Source: the human T2T-CHM13v2.0 reference genome, Homo sapiens. Taken from it: a stretch of DNA of 64,000 bases. The notes under the pieces were generated by a model, which saw nothing but the letters and a program-made list of their open reading frames with translations, did not search any database and had not been told where the DNA came from. The position numbers and the translations under genes were made by a program. This document shows, piece after piece, positions 41,166 to 55,400 of the stretch (the stretch's first letter is position 1; each line of letters starts with the position of its first letter). The DNA lies in assembly GCF_009914755.1 (NCBI RefSeq), contig NC_060928.1. One strand, 5' to 3'.

Positions 41166-43317
41166 GTAAGTTTTCCTTTTTGGTAAAAGCAAACATATCA
41201 GAAAAGTAATCCCCCAAAACCTACAGTCACACAAAAGAATAAACATGTTACAAAGTGAATTTCCAAAACCCCATTTTCTTAGTGACTAATATTTAACTGA
41301 AGTGCCTGTCTTGGTATTTGGGGCATGTACATAGAGTTGTCCTTATGGGGGCGGAGAGGGAGAAAGGGTATCTGGCCCGTGTGCCTGCCTGCCTGCCTGC
41401 CTGCTGGGGAATGAGGATTCTCCTTCAGCACAGGTCTGGGAACCTGTGGGGATCAGAGCTGCTGGGCTCCTCTTTCCATGGCCACTGCACCTTCTGACAG
41501 GCTCTTCCTTTCCTTGTGTTTGCCACAGAAAGACTTGGGCGTTGGCACAATGTGGTTTGTAGGCTGGGACTGGGGAGGGGTTGGCCTGCATCAGTGGCTC
41601 TGGAAGACATAGCGTAGCTGGGAAAGGTCCTAAACCTCTTCCTTTTTTCTGTTTCCTGATTTCTTTGTCGTTGGAAGGGAAAAACCTCTCATTTTAACAG
41701 CTCTTAAATCTGTCATATCTCTGACATGGTCAGTCTAGGGCAGAGGATTACTGTGGCCGTGAATGACTTTCAAAAACACATACTTTGAAATATTTTTTAT
41801 ATATTTGTGTATGTTTGTGTGTGTGTGTTTATATGAATATCTAGCACTCTATCTACTCCTTTAAAAATGTATTCAGATGGTAGCATACAATACTCATTCA
41901 CTTTGCTTATTCACTTAAAAATAATTATTTTATTTTTATAAGTTTTACGGAATACATAATGAATTTATTCCTCATTGTCTTATTTCTTTTAGATCTATTC
42001 TTATATTTAAAATTTGTATATGTAGTACTCTGTAGTATCTTTAGGAACAGTATCACTGTAGCAAAGTGTTTCATTTGATACTCACTCATTAGTGATGGCT
42101 TGCAGCTGCCCTTGTGTAGGTAGATGATGTATTTCTCAAGAGGCCAAAAAAGCCTGTATTATTAGCTGTGAGGCACCATCTTCCAGGCGGGTGAGGTGGA
42201 AGGGCAGAAAGGAGCGTAAGCACTCTGAAGTCCAGTGAGCACATATGGTTAGTGATCTGTTTCAGTAGAACACCTGTCATACACAGCTTGGGAACCAGCT
42301 TTCATGTATACTGTACATTATTAGTTCAACACAAATACAAATAATAGTTTCTACAAGTTGTTACCTCAGCCTCTTTTATATGATCAGAAGAAATGCGACT
42401 TTTTTGTAGAGCTATTATTTATCTCTCCCTGAAAGTTTCTGAAAGTTCTATGAAGAATCAATGATTGTGTTTTTAAGTTAGCTTTTAATTTTTCTAATAA
42501 ATGTTTATTGATATACTGTATTAGTATATACCAGGTTTTATTGTGTATCAGTCACTGACAACCAAATGTCATCTGTAAGGGTGAAATGAACTAATTTTGA
42601 TAAAATTCAGTTCACTTTAAGCACGGTGTCTCACCCTTATGTCATTGCAAATAAACAAGTCAGTGAAATATCTGAAATGTATTAACTATTTAACTCTCAC
42701 TTTTATGCTTATTTTAGATGAATAATTGTGTAGCTTTCTTTCCTTAAAGTAGTATTTGGGAAACCAGAAACCAACCTCGCCATCCTGGGTCAACAAAAAT
42801 AAGCTCTGTTGGTACCAAAATGAGAAAAGAAATCCTCTTAGCCTCCTTCTCAACACCTACAAACTCTTTGGTATCTAAACCCACCTTCAGGGCTTCCTCC
42901 TCTTTCTCAGTGAAGGAGGCATTCCTCTGGACACCTCCACCCCTACAGATACCTCTTAATAACTTTTCTATTTCATCATTCTCTCCTGTTTGGTATCTTT
43001 ACTAGTTATTTCCTGATTTTAAAATGTTCTCCCACCATTTCTATTAATAAATGATTCTTTTGTCTTAATGTATAAACACTGGAAACTCTCAAAACAAAAC
43101 CAAAACTGCAAAAGAAATACAAACAGATGGCATTAAACTCCCTTTCGTCACCCTCTCAAAACCATCCTTCAACCAGAATCCCTTGCCAACTGTGGTTGCC
43201 TCCTCTTCCCTTCACAGCCAGACTTGCTGAAAGCTGTAGTCTGCAAGAACTCCACTTCCTCCATTGTTCTCCACCATCTCACAGAACCTGTTCTTGCTGA
43301 GGGCACCCGAGACCCCA

Positions 43318-43729
43318 CGATGTAGTTTGGATATTTGTCCCATCTAAATCTCATGCTGAAATGTAATCTCCAGTGTTGGAGGTAGGGCCTGATGGGAGGT
43401 GATTGGATCGTGGGAGTGGATTTCTCCTGGTTTAGTGCCATCCCCTTGGTGCTGTCTTTGCTGCAGTGAGTTCTCACGAGATCTGTCTGTTTGAAGGTGT
43501 GAAGCATCTTCCGCTTACTCTCTTGCTTCCTCTCTCACCACATAATGTGGTGCTCCCGCTTTGCCTTCCGCCAAGAGTAAAAGTTCCCTGAGGCCTCCCC
43601 AGGAGCCCAGTAGACACTGGGGCCGTGCTTGTATATCCTGCAGAACCGTGAGTTAATTAAACCTCTTTTCTTCATAAATTACTCAGTCTCAGGTATTCCT
43701 TTATAACAAGGCAAGAAGGGTCTAATACA
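43318..43729 (+). mobile_element. MSTA-like MaLR solo LTR
   Basis: cgatgtagtttggatatttgtccc...aattaaacctcttttc...ctaataca with a perfect 5-bp TSD CCCCA. Confidence 0.9.
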
Positions 43730-45204
43730 CCCCACAAACTATCAAATCCAAACAACACTGTAGTCTTGTCTCTGTGACTTGCCACTGTGAGTTATTCCCT
43801 CCTGCTCTTTACTCTTTGGATTTTGTGACATACTGTTCACATACGTGACCACACCTGCCCAGCTTTCTTTTGCCTCTTTCTTCTTCACCGGGACCTGCTG
43901 TCAGGATTTCTGTAATAGTCTTTAGTCTTCTGCTGTTTGCATGCTGCAGATCTCCTTGGGTGATAACTTCAGTTACTTCCTTCAGACTGCTGGCTGCCAC
44001 ATCTGTCTAAGTCTTTCCCAGAGTCCAGATGCATGTGTTCTATTCCTTGCTAGAAGGCTCTTCCTAGTCTGCTTGCACCGGCCTCTCCTTTTTCATCTCC
44101 TGCCCTGCCTGGCACTGGAGGCCTTTAGGAGGACCCTGTGCCTCCTCAGCTGGCTGCCTTTCTTTGCATCTGTAGAGTCTAGCCTGAGCACTCTCTGCAC
44201 AGCCCCTAGGCCCTCCCTTTGTCTGAAGGCCACATCCTTCTAGGGGCAGTCTGCTCAGGTGCCACTGCTTCCCACAGGCCTTCTCTGATACCCACCCCTC
44301 CACCTCACAGGTCCCCGTCCCATTCTGGTCGAGTGCCCCATCCAGATATTTCCAGAGGACCAGGTGCATAGGGATTTTTTTAAAAAGCATTTTCATATTG
44401 CATTTACATTATTTTTTGTATGTTTTCCTCACTAAATTGTGAGCTTCTTAAGGGCAATGACTGCATCTTTTATGTTTTCATCGCTGGGCAACTAGTATAA
44501 TGATAAACTCTTAAAATGTTAAAAAGAAGAGCTTTATTGCTTAACTCAGCAATCAAAAGCTTTCTGTTATTTAAAGGAATTAAAGTACATTTCAAGTATA
44601 AATTATGTGTCAAAAAACACCATTTTGAATATTTTAAAACTTCACTATTAGAATATAAAATTTTAAGTCTGCTATTTTGCTGTAATGGTAATGGTATTCT
44701 GGTGATCTGTTGTACCCAAATGACCGACAGCAAACAGTTCACCCACTGAAAACGATCTGGTCCATTGTCTCATTAATCTTCAAGACATTCCTGTGAAGTA
44801 GTTTAGGAAGCAAATGGTATTATCTTCTCAAACAGCTGTTCCACACATATGTTGTGTTCTGACATCGTATAGTTTCAGCATCATTTTCTCATTATTTAAA
44901 TAAAAAATGAAATAAGGAATGTTTGGCTGTTTAACACTATTTCTAAGAAACACTATTGAATATTTAGAAGTAAAAGATTTGACCTTGACTGTGAAAGTTA
45001 TTTTAGGCCATCAGTGTTGTATGATCATATTCACCTTCCAGTGGGTATATGTGGAGTGGGGGTGTAGATATCAGTGAGGGATGTTTGCAGCTAACTAGAA
45101 GGTAAATAAGGAGGTATGGTTTATAAGGTTTTGATATTATTAATACAACCAGAAGTAAATCACTTTTTGGTAGAGTCAGAGTTGTACTGTAATTTTTTTT
45201 CCTT

Positions 45205-45736
<532 letters not shown>

Positions 45737-46129
45737 CTATGTTCATACAACCCAGAGTTAACTAAGTATTCTAAATCTTCTGACGTGTATCCTTCCAGAC
45801 TTTTTCATATTGATACACACATGCACATATACACAGTTTCTTAAAATTTATTTTTGTTTTCATTTTTTGGGGGTAGAGATGGCATCTCTCTGTGTTGCCC
45901 AGACTGGTCTTAAATCTGACCTCAAGGAATCTCCCCACCTCACACACAGCTTTAAATGTATTTTACATCGCAAATGGGATTATATTATATATACTGTTTT
46001 ATAAACTTTTTCATTTAATGTATAATTTTCACCAAAAAATTTTTTGCACCATGATATCAATTCTTTTGATAATAGAACTTCACATTTCTGTCAGATGATT
46101 TTCATAGAATATAGTCAAGATTCTTTGAA

Positions 46130-46240
46130 GCTGAGCATGGTAGCTCTTGCTTGTAGTCCCAGCTACTCAGGAGGGTGAGGTGGGAAGATCGCTAGAGCCT
46201 AAGAGCTCAAGGCCAGTCTTGGTAACATATAAGACCTCGT

Positions 46241-46273
<33 letters not shown>
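46130..46273 (+). mobile_element. FLAM monomer with long poly-A
   Basis: gctgagcatggtagctc...agacctcgtctctttA(n); TSD-like aagattcttt / aaggttcctt. Confidence 0.82.
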
Positions 46274-46276
<3 letters not shown>

Positions 46277-47879
46277 TTCCTTTTGTGCTCTTGCATAAAA
46301 CCCTTTTGTGGCACATTACTGCTTTCAAAATGAGTTTCATATTCATTTACTGGACATTCAAGAGATCATAGGCTAGTCCTTCTTGGGGTATTGGTAAAGA
46401 AATGAGAATGTGTAGTGAAATAAGGAAAGGACCACCACCATGCCAGGAGAAGATGGGGAAACATGAAGAAGCAGCCTTTCCATTCTAAAGAGTGTAGCCA
46501 CATCTACTTGGAGAAAGTGCTTTAAGCTGAAACCAAAGAGATGACTGAGTTAACCAGGCTGGAGAAAAAGACGGTGGGGAAGAAGGAGGACCACAAGTAG
46601 ATTCAAAGGTCTCAAGAAGCAGGACTTGAGGAAAGCAGGACTTGAGGAAAGACATGCAGGAAATTCAGTGCAGCTGAAGGCTGGTGTGACTGGGGTAACC
46701 GGGGGTTTTGACTGGGGCAGGGAACGGGCCAGGTTCTTTTGTCGGGAATCTTTCAAAGCCCTCTTTAATTAAGCCTGTTCCACGGAACTGTACTCTTTTC
46801 AGCCAGAAGAAACGCATTTGTCTCTAAACTGCCATGGTACTAGCCACTCATACACTAGCCATGCACATAGCCATTCTCCGCTCAAGGCATTAATTGTGTT
46901 CTGCGTACATCTATGTCACTATTTCTTCTACATTTTGTAAGTTTCTTGGAAGGAGGGATCATGCCCGATTATCTTATTTTTCCAAACCCTGTAGTAGATG
47001 GCCAATAATTGTCTGTAGAAATTAACGAACAAATAATAAATGAATATAGCAGATACTTTATAAAAAGGAAGATAAGGAAAGTTACTTATATTCATTTGAT
47101 TTATTCTTCCTAAGCACAGTAGGAAGAACAGAAATATGCATTATAGACAAAAAAAATCTTCTTTGAAGAATCTAATGTTATCTTCCATGATAAGCTCTTG
47201 TAATTCACATGTGTTCTCTACCTATAAAGTTTCACATCTATAAAACTGATGGAATGTGAATTCCCTTGAGGTACAGGGCATTTTGACAGTATTATATATT
47301 GCTTCTTTAATATAGTAGAAAACAGCAAATTATATTATAATGCCATGAGCTCCCAAGGCCACTGGGTCTTAATAAAAAATACCACATTTGTGTAATATAC
47401 TTGAGTATTTACATTTAAAAAATAATCTTCACAAATCTATTCTGCAAATACAACGATGGAGATGAAGCACCATCCTGCTTTATGAAGCCTTCTAAGGTGG
47501 CTTTGGGAACCCTCTTTTGTAGTTCATATTTGAATTGTGCAGTATTTCAGAAATGAGAATGCTTCCCACTGACTCTCTTGTAATATGCGGTGTTTAAACC
47601 AGTCTACTGGAGTGTTTTTCCTGACCTATCCAAGACAAATGCTGATAGTTTATTATCATCATCATTATTGCCCTTTATTCATTTAAGTGTCAGTGTTTCG
47701 TGGCATTTTAGCCAGTGACAAGTATTTTATTGAAATATACCGTGTCCCCAAGATGGAGGGAAATATGATTGGCTGAAACCTCAAAAGATTGAGAGAGAAC
47801 TGAGAGTACATATCTTATAATTATTATAACTTAAGAACATTTCAGATTTTTAACATACATTTTTAATTTTTATTATCTC

Positions 47880-48415
47880 TTTATTAGTTTATTAATTATA
47901 TATCTCATTGTCACAAATTGTTCCAAAACTTAGTGGTTTAAAATAATATTTATTATCTCATGGTTTCTGTGGGCCATGAATCTAGGCAAGACTTAGCTGG
48001 ATACTCTGGCTCAAGGTCTCTGTGGTAGTTTGCAATCAAGGTGTCAGCCAGGCTGCAGTCATCTCAAGGCTGACTGGAGAAAGATTTGCTTCCAAGCCAC
48101 TCGTACGGTTGTTGGCAGGATTCACTTCCTTGCTGGCTGCTGGCCACAGGCCTCCCTCATTCCATGCCACGTGGGCCTCTCCACAGGACAGCTCACAACG
48201 GGGCAGCTTGCTTTGTTAGAGCCAAAAAGCCAAGAAGAATCAGGGAGAGAGAGAGTGAGCAGGACAACAGCACAGTCTTTTGTAACCTAATCTCAGAAGT
48301 AATATCTTGTCACTTATTCTATGTTCTGTTCATTAGAAGCAAGCCATCAGATCTAGCGCATACTCAAGAGGCATAAATTACTAGGAGATGAGGATTATTG
48401 GGAGTCATCTACAGT
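47880..48415 (-). mobile_element. MLT1F/G/H-like MaLR LTR
   Basis: ccaaaacttagtggtttaaaataa...tctcatggtttctgtggg...gccacgtgggcctctccacagg...tctcagaagt. Confidence 0.78.
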
Positions 48416-49319
48416 TCTGAAAACTTTTGAAGACCACACATTTATGTTCGTTAGAGGATGAATTCTGTACTTTGAGGCAGGTTGCACTCACATATATAAA
48501 TATTGGAAATAGATATAGGTATTAAATATTAGGATATTCAGAGACCTGAGTTATAATGAATATTTGAACCTGAGAAGTTTGGACTCTTATTGACTGATCT
48601 CTGCCCATCTCCCACATTCTCCAGATGGCTGGGCTGCCTTGTGGTGGTGATGTCCTTGAAGATTCTTGGCTGGAGGGTCTGTCCATCCTGTACATCTCTT
48701 GTTTAGACATCAGCTCTAGCATACAGTTTGTTTTTTTTCACAGTTAGGTGAGATATACATCTTCTGCATATTTAAATATTTACATCTTTAAAATTAGTGT
48801 TTAAAATACTACTTTAGAGAAAGCTCAACTTTAGCCAGTGAGTGTGAGGCAAGAGCTCTAGGTCTAAAGCAGTGGTTGCACTGTGCCCGTCCGACTCAGG
48901 CCATTTTGTTGATCACCCAGGGCTTCTCTTGGCCTCAAAAGGACCCAGCCTTCACAGCCTGAATCACTTTAGCTTAGAGTCATCCCTTATCCCTAGAGGC
49001 CAGGTTAAACACCCACAGAACCAGTCTGGTCTCTGGAAATTCCTGTGGGCCAAGTCAGATGCCCTCTGACTTATTAACGAACAAATAACAAATAAATATA
49101 GCAGATTATTCTCTAGGTTTTGACTTGCTGTAGCTCTTGGGGCCAACCAGAAATACTTCGTTGGGCTGCATTAAGATTGAGATTACCAGGCAAAGCTTTT
49201 TGAAGACAGTATATGCCCCTGGGCATTCCAGAAAATTGATAGTATTTCTATTCTAATCTATCAGGAACAGGTTCTTACGTTCATATAGTGGCCAGCCCCA
49301 TGGCCCATCTTGTTTTGAT

Positions 49320-49881
49320 TATACCCAGGATTTAATTTATAGAGGTGACTGAGTGATGATGGGAAGAGGTCAGTGCCATTGAAAGAAGTTTTATTATAGT
49401 TCTCAAGGGAAGGGGGCATACTACACCATTCTGGGCCACATAGTGGGGAAGCGCTTGGGTTGGTTGGAAGGCAGAAGGAGCAGAGGAGAAATCATGGCCC
49501 AGAGCCTGTATTGTGGTTTCCTGGGGAAGGAATGAGTGAGGCAGGGTAGGCAAATCTGAGCAAGTTTAGGATTGGCTAGGTTGAATAATTTCGGCAGACT
49601 CTGGGTTATGGGAATGGTCTCTAGTTGTCCAGTATCTTCTCTGGGGGGTGGTGTAGGGCAGGGGAAATATTGGTTTGGAGTCTGAGTTAGATAAAAGAGG
49701 AGGTTAGGGATATGGGCTTTTGGACTGTTGGTTTACATATGAAGGATGGGCTCATGGGAGTCATTTGCTATCTCTAAGAATTAAATTAGCCCTGGGAGGG
49801 GCAGTCTCTTCCCAGACAGCAAGGCCCCCAAGACATCAAAGCATCATAAAATATATAAAATTTTAAAAAATGATCAATACA
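49320..49881 (-). mobile_element. MER74/MER73-group ERVL solo LTR
   Basis: Minus strand begins TGTATTGATCATTTTTT...GATGCTTTGATGTCTTGGGGGCCTTGCTG...ACTGCCCCTCCCAGGGCTA and ends TCAGTCACCTCTATAAATTAAATCCTGGGTATA. Confidence 0.78.
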
Positions 49882-50765
49882 CCATCCACTGACAAATGGA
49901 AAGTGCAACATTATGTGTCATACTAAGAAACTTTGAGAAGAAATATTTTCTTGATTGTTTTTCGGTCTCATCTGCTGATCTGCCCCTGACATCTTGTATA
50001 AATACATATGTGGTGGAGTGTGCAAATTCCACTAAAGGAAGAGGGAGCAGAGTGGATATAATTTTATAATTTATTAAGTTACAAGTCTCTTTTTTCTCCG
50101 GTGTTGCTGCCATGTGCACAGATTGAGGGGAAGTGTTGAGCATATGTATATATAATTCATTTGTTACAGCTGACTCTATCCCATTTTCATCAGCTGGTTC
50201 AAGCCAGGGTAGGTTAACATGGGTGCAGAGTGATCTGTGGAGCCTTAGTTCTAGACACAGATGCTCTCTGGAGTCAAGGCTGGGGAAAGGAATGTGACTT
50301 TATAATTTCTTTGCTTTTGCAATCTGAGTATCAGAGACAGTGTTATAGCTTACTAGCGTTAAAGGCTTTTTATATTTTGCAGTATCTCATTTAATCTTCC
50401 AAACAGCCCCCTGAATTAGCTCCATTTTATTAAGGAGGAAATTGAACCCTGGAAAGGTTTAAGAACCTGCTCAAGGTCACACAATTTGTAAATGACACAC
50501 CTGAATTTGAACCCAGTTAGACTGAATACAGGGTTTATGATCTTAACTACTGGGATATTACATCTCAGTTCTTTTTTCCAGTATTCGTATTCTTATAACT
50601 TCCTCAGGACTCAAAATAATTCATTTGCTTTTTTTTTTTTTTAAACTTTCATTATGACCTGAGTCTCAGTATTCTCAATGTACATTCCAGTATGGAATCA
50701 TTTTAATTATTCAGGTATTAGGTGGAAGGAAGAGTTATCCCTCCTTTTCCTGTTTAGTTTTTCAC

Positions 50766-50802
50766 AATGCGGGTACCTCAGCCCTTCTGAGGTACCCGCA
50801 TT
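50766..50802. repeat. Perfect 16-bp inverted repeat with 5-nt loop
   Basis: AATGCGGGTACCTCAG-ccctt-CTGAGGTACCCGCATT. Confidence 0.97.
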
Positions 50803-51419
50803 ATCACCCAGGTGGTAGTGCTACCATATCATTTTGTTTTTTTCTTCTTCCTCCTGCACCTCTGTACCTCCTCATCCCCTTCTAGTAATAAGTGCTGAGG
50901 TTCTTATTGGAACACTTTCCTTTTATATGTTCCATAGTCCTTCTGTATCCACTCCTTTCATTTCCAGTGTGGCCTGGGCTGACTAATGTACACTCTCTAC
51001 ACCCCTAAGAAAGGGGTTGTGGAACTCTGAGTGGGCTGTGGAAGTATTTTCAGGTATGATATGACATCAAGGGCTTAAAATCTAAGAGTACTGTTACTAA
51101 TGGTGCACAAAAATGATTTTATTGAGTCAGTTAGGCTGTGCCTTAATCTAATTTTGTTTTACAATAACCAGAGCTGCGTATTTATTCAGTTCTCTAGTAG
51201 AATCTTAGAAAACAATTGCTAGAACTTGCCGTTACATTTCTCTATTAATGACAGGTTTATTTTCCTTTTTTGTTTTCAAGAGTGATTCTTCCTCTCATTT
51301 CTCCCCTGCCTTGCCCATACACACAGTGTTACTAAGAGCCGCCATCACAGGAGGGTATGAGTAGTACAGTCCAAGACCAAACTTCTTCAGTTTCCATTTG
51401 CATAGATTATACAAGGGTA

Positions 51420-51790
51420 TGTTGGGTTGAGTTCTCTCAGAAGCAAACCCTAAGCCAAGAATTTAAGTGAAAGTGGTTTATGAAGGAAATCCCAGGATAA
51501 ACCAGTAAGGAAATGAGGAAAGAAAGAAAGTGGAGGGAAAAAAACAGCTGAAGGTTTTATTTCTGCAAAGTCTCTGACTCCACATGATTGTGGTGGCTCT
51601 AAAGTACAATTTCTACCTCAGAGTTTGCCCTACCTGGGAGTTCTTTCTGTCTTCTTCACTTGTCAGTCATTGGCTGCAGGTGAGTTAGCGAAGTGCTCTA
51701 GAGCAGTCAGACATCCATCAACAACAAACAGCAGGCTGTGGCAGAAAGACCCGAGAATACCAGGATAGGACACCAACAGTGTCTGCTACA
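51420..51790 (-). mobile_element. LTR16/LTR33-like ERVL LTR
   Basis: gggttgagttctctcagaagcaaaccctaag...gtcagtcattggctg...caccaacagtgtctgctaca. Confidence 0.65.
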
Positions 51791-52064
51791 AAGGCTGCAT
51801 CAGAAAATATTCGTCCATATTTCAGCCTCTTTTTACAATCGAGAGACATGAGAGTAAGAGAGGTAAAATACTTAGAGTCTCACATCTGGCTAGGTGGATA
51901 TGGAACCCACACGGCCTTACTCCCTAACCAGTGCTCTTTTCAACAGCTGGTAGTGGCAAAGGATTTTATTGCTGTTCCATTATACCTCATTTCTCTTTAT
52001 CAGTCATCATCAGTCATTCATTTGAACCTTGTAAAGCATATTTTAATAATAAACTGTAAATCAG

Positions 52065-52860
52065 CTTTATTATTATATACAAATACATAAATTGCATCTA
52101 TTTTCACTATACAATTCATGAGTTTTGACAGGTGTATACCATGTAACTATCACAATAATCAAGATAGGGAACATTTCCATCCCCTCAAAAAGAGCTTTCT
52201 TCTTGCTCTGTTGTAACAAGTACTTCTCAGTACTGCTGGGCCCAGGCAATCACTTTCTGTCATTGGATTGGCTTTACTTTTGCCCGAATTTCATATAAAT
52301 GGAATCATACAGCATGTGGTCTTTTGTGTCTGGCATCTTTTCACTCAACATGTGTTTGAGAGTCTTATATATTGCTGTTGAGTATTTTGTTTCATTTTAT
52401 TGCTGAGTAGTATTTTATTGTATGGATATACCACAGTTTGCTTAGCCATTACCTGTAATAGTTTTGTCTATTATGAATAAAGCTGCTAATGAGCATTTGT
52501 TTAGAGGTCTTTTTGTAGATACATATTTTCATATCTCTTGGGTAAATAACAAGTTGTAGGATTGCTAGGTTGTATGGTAATTGCTAAGTTGTTCTCCAAA
52601 GTGATTGGACCATTTTAGATTCCCGGTAGCAATGAATGAGAATTCCAATTGCACCACATCCTCTTCAACACTTGGCATTGCCAGTTTTTAAATTCTAGCC
52701 ATTTTACATAGTGAGCAATGGTATCCCATTATAGTTTTGACTTGTATTTCCCTGATAATTAGTGATGTTGAGTCTCCTTTCATCTGCTTACTGGCTATTT
52801 GCACAATAGTCAGTAGATGTGCAGGTTTATTTTTGGACTCTATTCTGTTGCAACATAGCT
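52065..52860 (-). mobile_element. L1MB/MD-like 3' fragment
   Basis: cagctttattattatata...aatcaagatagggaacatttccatc...tgtatggatataccacagtttg...tgtatttccctgataattagtgatgttgag. Confidence 0.82.
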
Positions 52861-54539
52861 GTTTTATCTAGATTATGCTTATTCCATCCTTTCTACATTT
52901 CGAGATCTGTTTCTATTGACTGATTTTTCTCCAGATTATGGGCCATATTTTTGTGCTTTTTATGTTGGTAACATTATAGTGGATGCTAGACATTATAAAG
53001 TTGGTTTTGTTGTTGTTGTTTTCATTGAGTGCTAGGTTTTGTGCCTTTTAGGGAGTTTTATATTTTTTTTCTTCTGACCGGCAGTTAAGTTACTTGCTGA
53101 CCAGCTTGGTCTTTTAGAAGCTTGTTTCAAAGCTTTGTTAGGTTAGGTTCAGAGTAGCCTTTACCCTATGTCTTATTTAGCTCTGTTGTTAAGGTGTAAC
53201 TTTGCTGTGGTCTCCACTGGATTCCCTAGATGTTCACTGTGGCCTTTCTCCTCTGGCTGGTCATAATTTGAAACTGTCACAGCCCTGTGTGAGCTCGGGG
53301 AATTTATCTGCCTATAGCGTCCCAGTTGTCCTTTGCCTGGCCTTGTGCATTTCCCGTTGTCATCTCAGCATTCACTCACAGACTTCTTGTGACCCCTGTG
53401 CAAATTTCTGGAACTTCTCCAGTCTCTGGAGCTTCTACTGTGCTTTGCTTTACAAATTCCACCTGTCATGGCTTCCGTGAAATCTGCTTCCCTCTCCCTG
53501 CAATTCAGCAGTGCCTCCTTTCTCTGCTTGAGTTACCCCTCTTTGCACTGCTGTCCAAAAAGTGCTTTCAGACAGAAATGTAGGGTAATCGTGGGGTTCA
53601 TTTCCCTTCTTTCAGAGATCACAATCCCGTACTACCTGTTGTCCAACATCTGAAAACCATTGTTCATATATTTTATCTTCTAGTTACAGTGGCCCTGTTA
53701 TTCCACCATGGCCTTCTTTGTGTTTTGCTTTGTTTTTTAAAAATCTCTATTAACCTTTTGTGTATCAAGCTTCATGTGTTTTCTGTATTAAAGCCATACT
53801 TCTTTTTGTCCCAAATTATCCCCTGTTTGTGTTTGCTGTTGTTGGGAGTGGGGTCCACTCGGATACAATATCCTGCTAGAGACGAGATCTTAAGTCACAA
53901 TACCATAGTTTTTATGCCTTTGAACTATTCCACTTTTATTTTAAAACATGTATTACTGAATACTACACACAGAAAAGTGCATAGACTGAAATAACATAGT
54001 TTAACAAATATTTTAGAAGTGAACTGTGTAATTTCGATGGGTGAAAGAAATAGAACATCAGCATCCAGGAAACCTCTTTTATTTACTCTGTCCCATTCTC
54101 AACCCCTTCCTCTACTGGCAAATGGCCACTCTCCTTTCTTTCACAGCAGAGGGGTCCAGTACATGTCTGCAGACACAGGGGGATAGCTCTTAACCAGCCT
54201 GCACTAACCATCACCAAAACTGTCCGTTCTCTTGTATACACCATGGTATCCCAATGCTGGACAGCAGTACACTCCAACTCCTTGGCCCAACATGTGGTCA
54301 AAAAATATGTTAATTTTAAAATGTGAGAACATAAAATGTTTAGGGTAATCTGATTCTTTCATTTTTGTTTTTCTTCATGTTTTGTGGCCCCTACTGTAGC
54401 TTCACCACACAGTAAAGAATGTGTTTGGAGTTTATAAACTGAGCATAAGCTGCCATGGAAGACAGAGGATAAAGGGCTGACTTGCAGATGAGGTGGCTGG
54501 GGCACCTTCTGGAGGAGGCAGCATGTGAATGCTGTTGCA

Positions 54540-54705
54540 GAACACTGGTTCTTGGGCTCGGCTGCTCAATGGAATCACCTGAGCAGCTTTGAAATCTACC
54601 GTGCCTGGGTTCCATCCACAGAAACTCTAGTTGGTCTGGGTTTTTTTTTTTAAAAGGGTCTCTGGTTGATTGTAGTTTGTGGAAGTGCAGAAGCAAGAAC
54701 CAGGG
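54540..54705. mobile_element. MER5A-like hAT MITE
   Basis: ctggttctt...ggctgctcaatggaatcacctgagcagcttt...tgcctgggttccatccacaga...aagaaccagg. Confidence 0.65.
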
Positions 54706-54759
54706 CCTTAGGCTAGAGCATTCTGTATAAACAGGACCAGGGTTCTGTTTGTTTGTTTA

Positions 54760-55012
54760 TTTTTAAATTTCAGATCCACTGCGGACTCACTGATATTTTT
54801 GTAAAATACAAGAAAAAGTGAATTACTGGAAAAGTGAAAATGTATACACACAAAGAAATGCATAGTATTTATCAACAGATAAACAATAACTGACTAAAAT
54901 CGCTATAATGATTACAAAATGTTTTCTATTTCTGTCATTACTGTTGCGGACATGAAACTGAGTTCATGGACTGGTGTTGGTCTGCAGAGTAGACCAACTT
55001 TGATTAGTGCTG
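54760..55012. mobile_element. Charlie4-like hAT fragment
   Basis: Terminus catggactggtgttggtctgcagag...actttgattagtgctg. Confidence 0.5.
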
Positions 55013-55400
55013 ATGCAGAGGGCAGTGTGTCTACAGTCCTGTATTAGGTGAATGAAGGTGGGTTGGGTCCAGCTTATGCAGGGCATTGAGTGCTGGAATG
55101 AATAGCTTGGCTTTTATTCTGTAGGCACTGGGGAGCCACAGAATTCTTGAATGATCTGATTGACAACATTGTGTGTGGTAGATTTATAGTGAGAATACAC
55201 TGTTGATCAGAACCTGGAAGAGGAAGGAAGTTGATGAGACTGGGTAAAATAAAACTAAAATTTCTGGAGAAGTCACTCCAGCACAGCTAAATAAACTCCT
55301 TAGAGGATACAAGAACTTAAGCTAGCCTACTCCCTAAAGCTTAAACAAGCCGGAAAACAAAGTTAAATTCTAAAAAGTACCCTCCACCTAATGTTTTCAG

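Noticed and set aside
40979-41209. ORF-track ORFs 40979-41209 and 55391-55654 as standalone genes
   Set aside because: Only the parts between splice sites are WWC2 coding sequence; the flanks are intronic read-through.
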